Part shown: piece by piece, positions 13,677 through 15,136 of the stretch
Numbering within the stretch: the first letter of the stretch is position 1
Layout: every line of letters begins with the position of its first letter
From: a virus
DNA: 15,136 bases
Strand: one strand, 5' to 3'
Virus record (IMG/VR): IMGVR_UViG_3300045988_168123
Location: 1 to 15,136 of that record
Notes under the pieces: generated by a model
The model's database searches: none
Told to the model about the DNA's origin: nothing
Seen by the model: only the letters and a program-made list of their open reading frames with translations
Made by a program: the position numbers and the translations under genes

Positions 13677-14317
13677 CTAAATAATCTCCTATATTCTTTT
13701 TTCTGCTCTTTATCCATTTTTTCGCCGTGATCATGCATGTACTGTAATTCCTGTACTTCTGCAATTTTATCATAAAATTCATTCCATCCAAATTTAAAAT
13801 TTTGAAAATCAATAAATAATTTTTTCAATGTGTCCAAAGGTAATTCGTCATGAACGTCTAAGAAAAATTCCTGTAAATCCTCAGACGCTATTAATTGTGA
13901 CATGGTTTTGTACTCCTCAGATGTTAAAAAATCAAAAAAATCATTCTGATTTTCATAATTTAATTCAAGACCACGCATGAAAATTCCTTCGTCCGTTACC
14001 CTATCTTTTTTCAATTCAGAAACAGCCCGTGCGTGTGCTTTTTTCGCACCTGTTATCGTGGATGTTGGTCTATTCAAAAAGTCCTCTAGCTGATTTAGAG
14101 TTGCTGTTAAATTTTTATCTGATATCCGTTTTGAAAAATGCGGTTTTTCCTTGCCCTGTAATTTTCCTAGACGCTTATAAGCGTATTGAGTCAAGCCGGC
14201 TTTTTCCAAACGTGATAGGCGTTTATTAGCAAGTGCTGATAATTCTTTTACAGCCTGTTTTAACTGATCGCCTTGCAATTTTCGTATTGCTTCGAAATCG
14301 TATTTGCGTTCTTTCAT
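13673..14317 (-). CDS. Putative terminal (priming) protein, 214 aa
   Basis: It lies immediately upstream of the protein-primed polymerase and is translationally coupled to it (ATGA at both ends), as phi29 gene 3 is to gene 2. It is charged and helical. No sequence motif was recognised, so the call rests on position only. Confidence 0.5.
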   Translation of the reverse strand: MKERKYDFEAIRKLQGDQLKQAVKELSALANKRLSRLEKAGLTQYAYKRLGKLQGKEKPHFSKRISDKNLTATLNQLEDFLNRPTSTITGAKKAHARAVSELKKDRVTDEGIFMRGLELNYENQNDFFDFLTSEEYKTMSQLIASEDLQEFFLDVHDELPLDTLKKLFIDFQNFKFGWNEFYDKIAEVQELQYMHDHGEKMDKEQKKEYRRLFR

Positions 14318-14592
14318 AATGCACCACCCATTGCTTGTATAATTATTTTGTCCTCTATTTTTCTATAAAGATCTTCCAATGAAACAAAATCGTTTTTTAC
14401 TGTTAAGTAAAATGAATTAAAATAAATATAAAGTGTATTGCCGATAAAATCAATTTCTATTAATTTTATTGACTTAAAACGCAAGTATAATGCTGTAACG
14501 TTTCCGAGTATTTCTACAACTTCTATATCAGTCATGTGAGATTCTACCAAGCTTAATTTTTCTTTTTCTGATAAACCACCTAACTTTTCCAT
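14314..14592 (-). CDS. Hypothetical early protein, 92 aa
   Basis: SD AAGGAG lies 6 nt before ATG 14592. The stop overlaps the next start (ATGA). No family recognised. Confidence 0.7.
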   Translation of the reverse strand: MEKLGGLSEKEKLSLVESHMTDIEVVEILGNVTALYLRFKSIKLIEIDFIGNTLYIYFNSFYLTVKNDFVSLEDLYRKIEDKIIIQAMGGAL

Positions 14593-14603
14593 TTGTATCT
14601 CCT

Positions 14604-14837
14604 TTATTTTCTCATGTAATTATATTCGTCTCCGGCATTTCCTACAATGTATACAGGTTCTCTTAATGCTCCGAACATATCGCATTTTGAATATCTTGCA
14701 ACTATAATATTTCCTGTAATTTCTTTAATTGCATTTCTAAATTCTTTTACAGAATCATAATGCTTAATATAGACTCTCGATTCCGAAGAACCGTTACTAT
14801 TTTTCATTTCATATATAATTTTACCTATTACTCTCAT
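14604..14837 (-). CDS. Hypothetical early protein, 77 aa (true start at the inner edge of ITR-R)
   Basis: ATG 14837 lies 7 nt after the ITR-encoded SD GAGGT. The protein begins MRVIGKIIYEMKNSNGSSES. The 79 codons upstream in the ORF-track ORF are ITR and promoter sequence, not coding. Confidence 0.65.
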   Translation of the reverse strand: MRVIGKIIYEMKNSNGSSESRVYIKHYDSVKEFRNAIKEITGNIIVARYSKCDMFGALREPVYIVGNAGDEYNYMRK

Positions 14838-15136
14838 TTTTCTGACCTCAACTTTCTGTACTGTATCTCTTTGTTCCTTACAAGTATATAATACCACGAC
14901 AAAGTATGTTTTGCAAGTGTTTTCTATATAAAATATTACACAAAATATTAATTCTCTATAACACGCATTTTGTACAAAGTGCTGTCTCTTTTGCACGCAC
15001 ATTTTGCCGGTTTTGTCCGTCGTCTGCGAACACTTGACTCGCTTTGTGTGTTCTCCCGACGGACAGATACACATAGTAGTGTCCGTCCCACACGGACACT
15101 TGGGGGTTTTTTGTGTATGGTGGGCACTATATTATA
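14838..15136. repeat. Right inverted terminal repeat (ITR-R)
   Basis: Reverse complement of 1-299 (see ITR-L). The window ends exactly at the repeat end. Confidence 0.97.
14888..14916 (-). promoter_or_regulatory. Sigma-A-type promoter in ITR-R driving the early replication operon
   Basis: This is the mirror of 221-249: -35 TTGCAA (14916-14911), 17-bp spacer, TGgTATTAT (14896-14888). The spacer differs from the left copy at 5 positions. Confidence 0.6.

Noticed and set aside
1503-14229. Ten + strand ORFs of 63-128 aa antisense to the long minus-strand genes (1503-1802, 2497-2715, 2780-2983, 3648-4034, 5745-6053, 6851-7042, 7575-7775, 9006-9305, 11184-11492, 14029-14229)
   Set aside because: Each is fully embedded antisense in a well-supported gene. 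They lack SDs and have low-complexity Leu/Ser/Phe-rich translations, typical of the antisense frame of AT-rich coding DNA.
14838-15074. N-terminal 79 codons of the 156-aa ORF at 14604-15074
   Set aside because: This is the same ITR-derived reading frame as 63-299. The real gene most likely starts at ATG 14837, directly after the ITR-encoded SD.
1-15136. Terminal inverted repeats plus a pPolB could suggest a transposon-like element (casposon- or polinton-like) or a linear plasmid
   Set aside because: No transposase, integrase or Cas1 is present. A complete virion module (portal, capsid, scaffold, tail knob, collar, fibre), a packaging ATPase and a lysis cassette point to a lytic phage genome.
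1-15136. Search for tRNA, rRNA, CRISPR arrays, integrase/att sites and tandem DNA repeats
   Set aside because: I found no cloverleaf-like or repeat-spacer architecture by eye, and no tyrosine- or serine-recombinase-like ORF. The only DNA-level repeats I could support are the ITRs and their internal palindromes.

Overview
The window starts and ends exactly on a 299-bp inverted terminal repeat, so it reads as one complete, linear, AT-rich 15,136-bp genome. It is a small phi29-like, protein-primed podovirus-type phage, and the strong AGGAGG-type ribosome-binding sites and TTGACA/TATAAT-type promoters point to a low-GC Gram-positive host. I support 21 protein genes. Four tiny + strand genes on the left arm (301-1056) converge on a hairpin terminator (1053-1073). 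The other 17 genes form one leftward gene string (14837 down to 1070): two orphan early genes, a putative terminal protein, a family-B protein-primed DNA polymerase, p6-like and p5-like DNA-binding proteins, a gp16-type packaging ATPase, a holin, a GH24 endolysin, a second lysozyme-like protein, scaffold, major capsid protein, gp9-like tail knob, gp10-like portal, lower collar, a coiled-coil protein with LTAxEY decapeptide repeats, and a tail fibre. I see no integrase, repressor, tRNA, rRNA or CRISPR array. Points most worth follow-up: (1) the ITR carries promoter, 5' UTR and Shine-Dalgarno, so it acts as a duplicated expression cassette, and its few mismatches cluster in the promoter spacer. 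(2) The GC-rich outer part of the ITR holds nested hairpins built on a shared TGTCCGT core. (3) A 128-nt non-coding gap directly downstream of the packaging ATPase has its own promoter and a possible three-way-junction fold, which could be a pRNA or a holin leader. (4) Promoters are embedded in the last codons of the polymerase and ATPase genes, and one lies inside the lower-collar gene, all sharing an ATTGACA context. (5) Six orphan small early genes sit at the two genome ends. All functional calls rest on motifs and remembered similarity to phi29-family proteins. No database search was possible.
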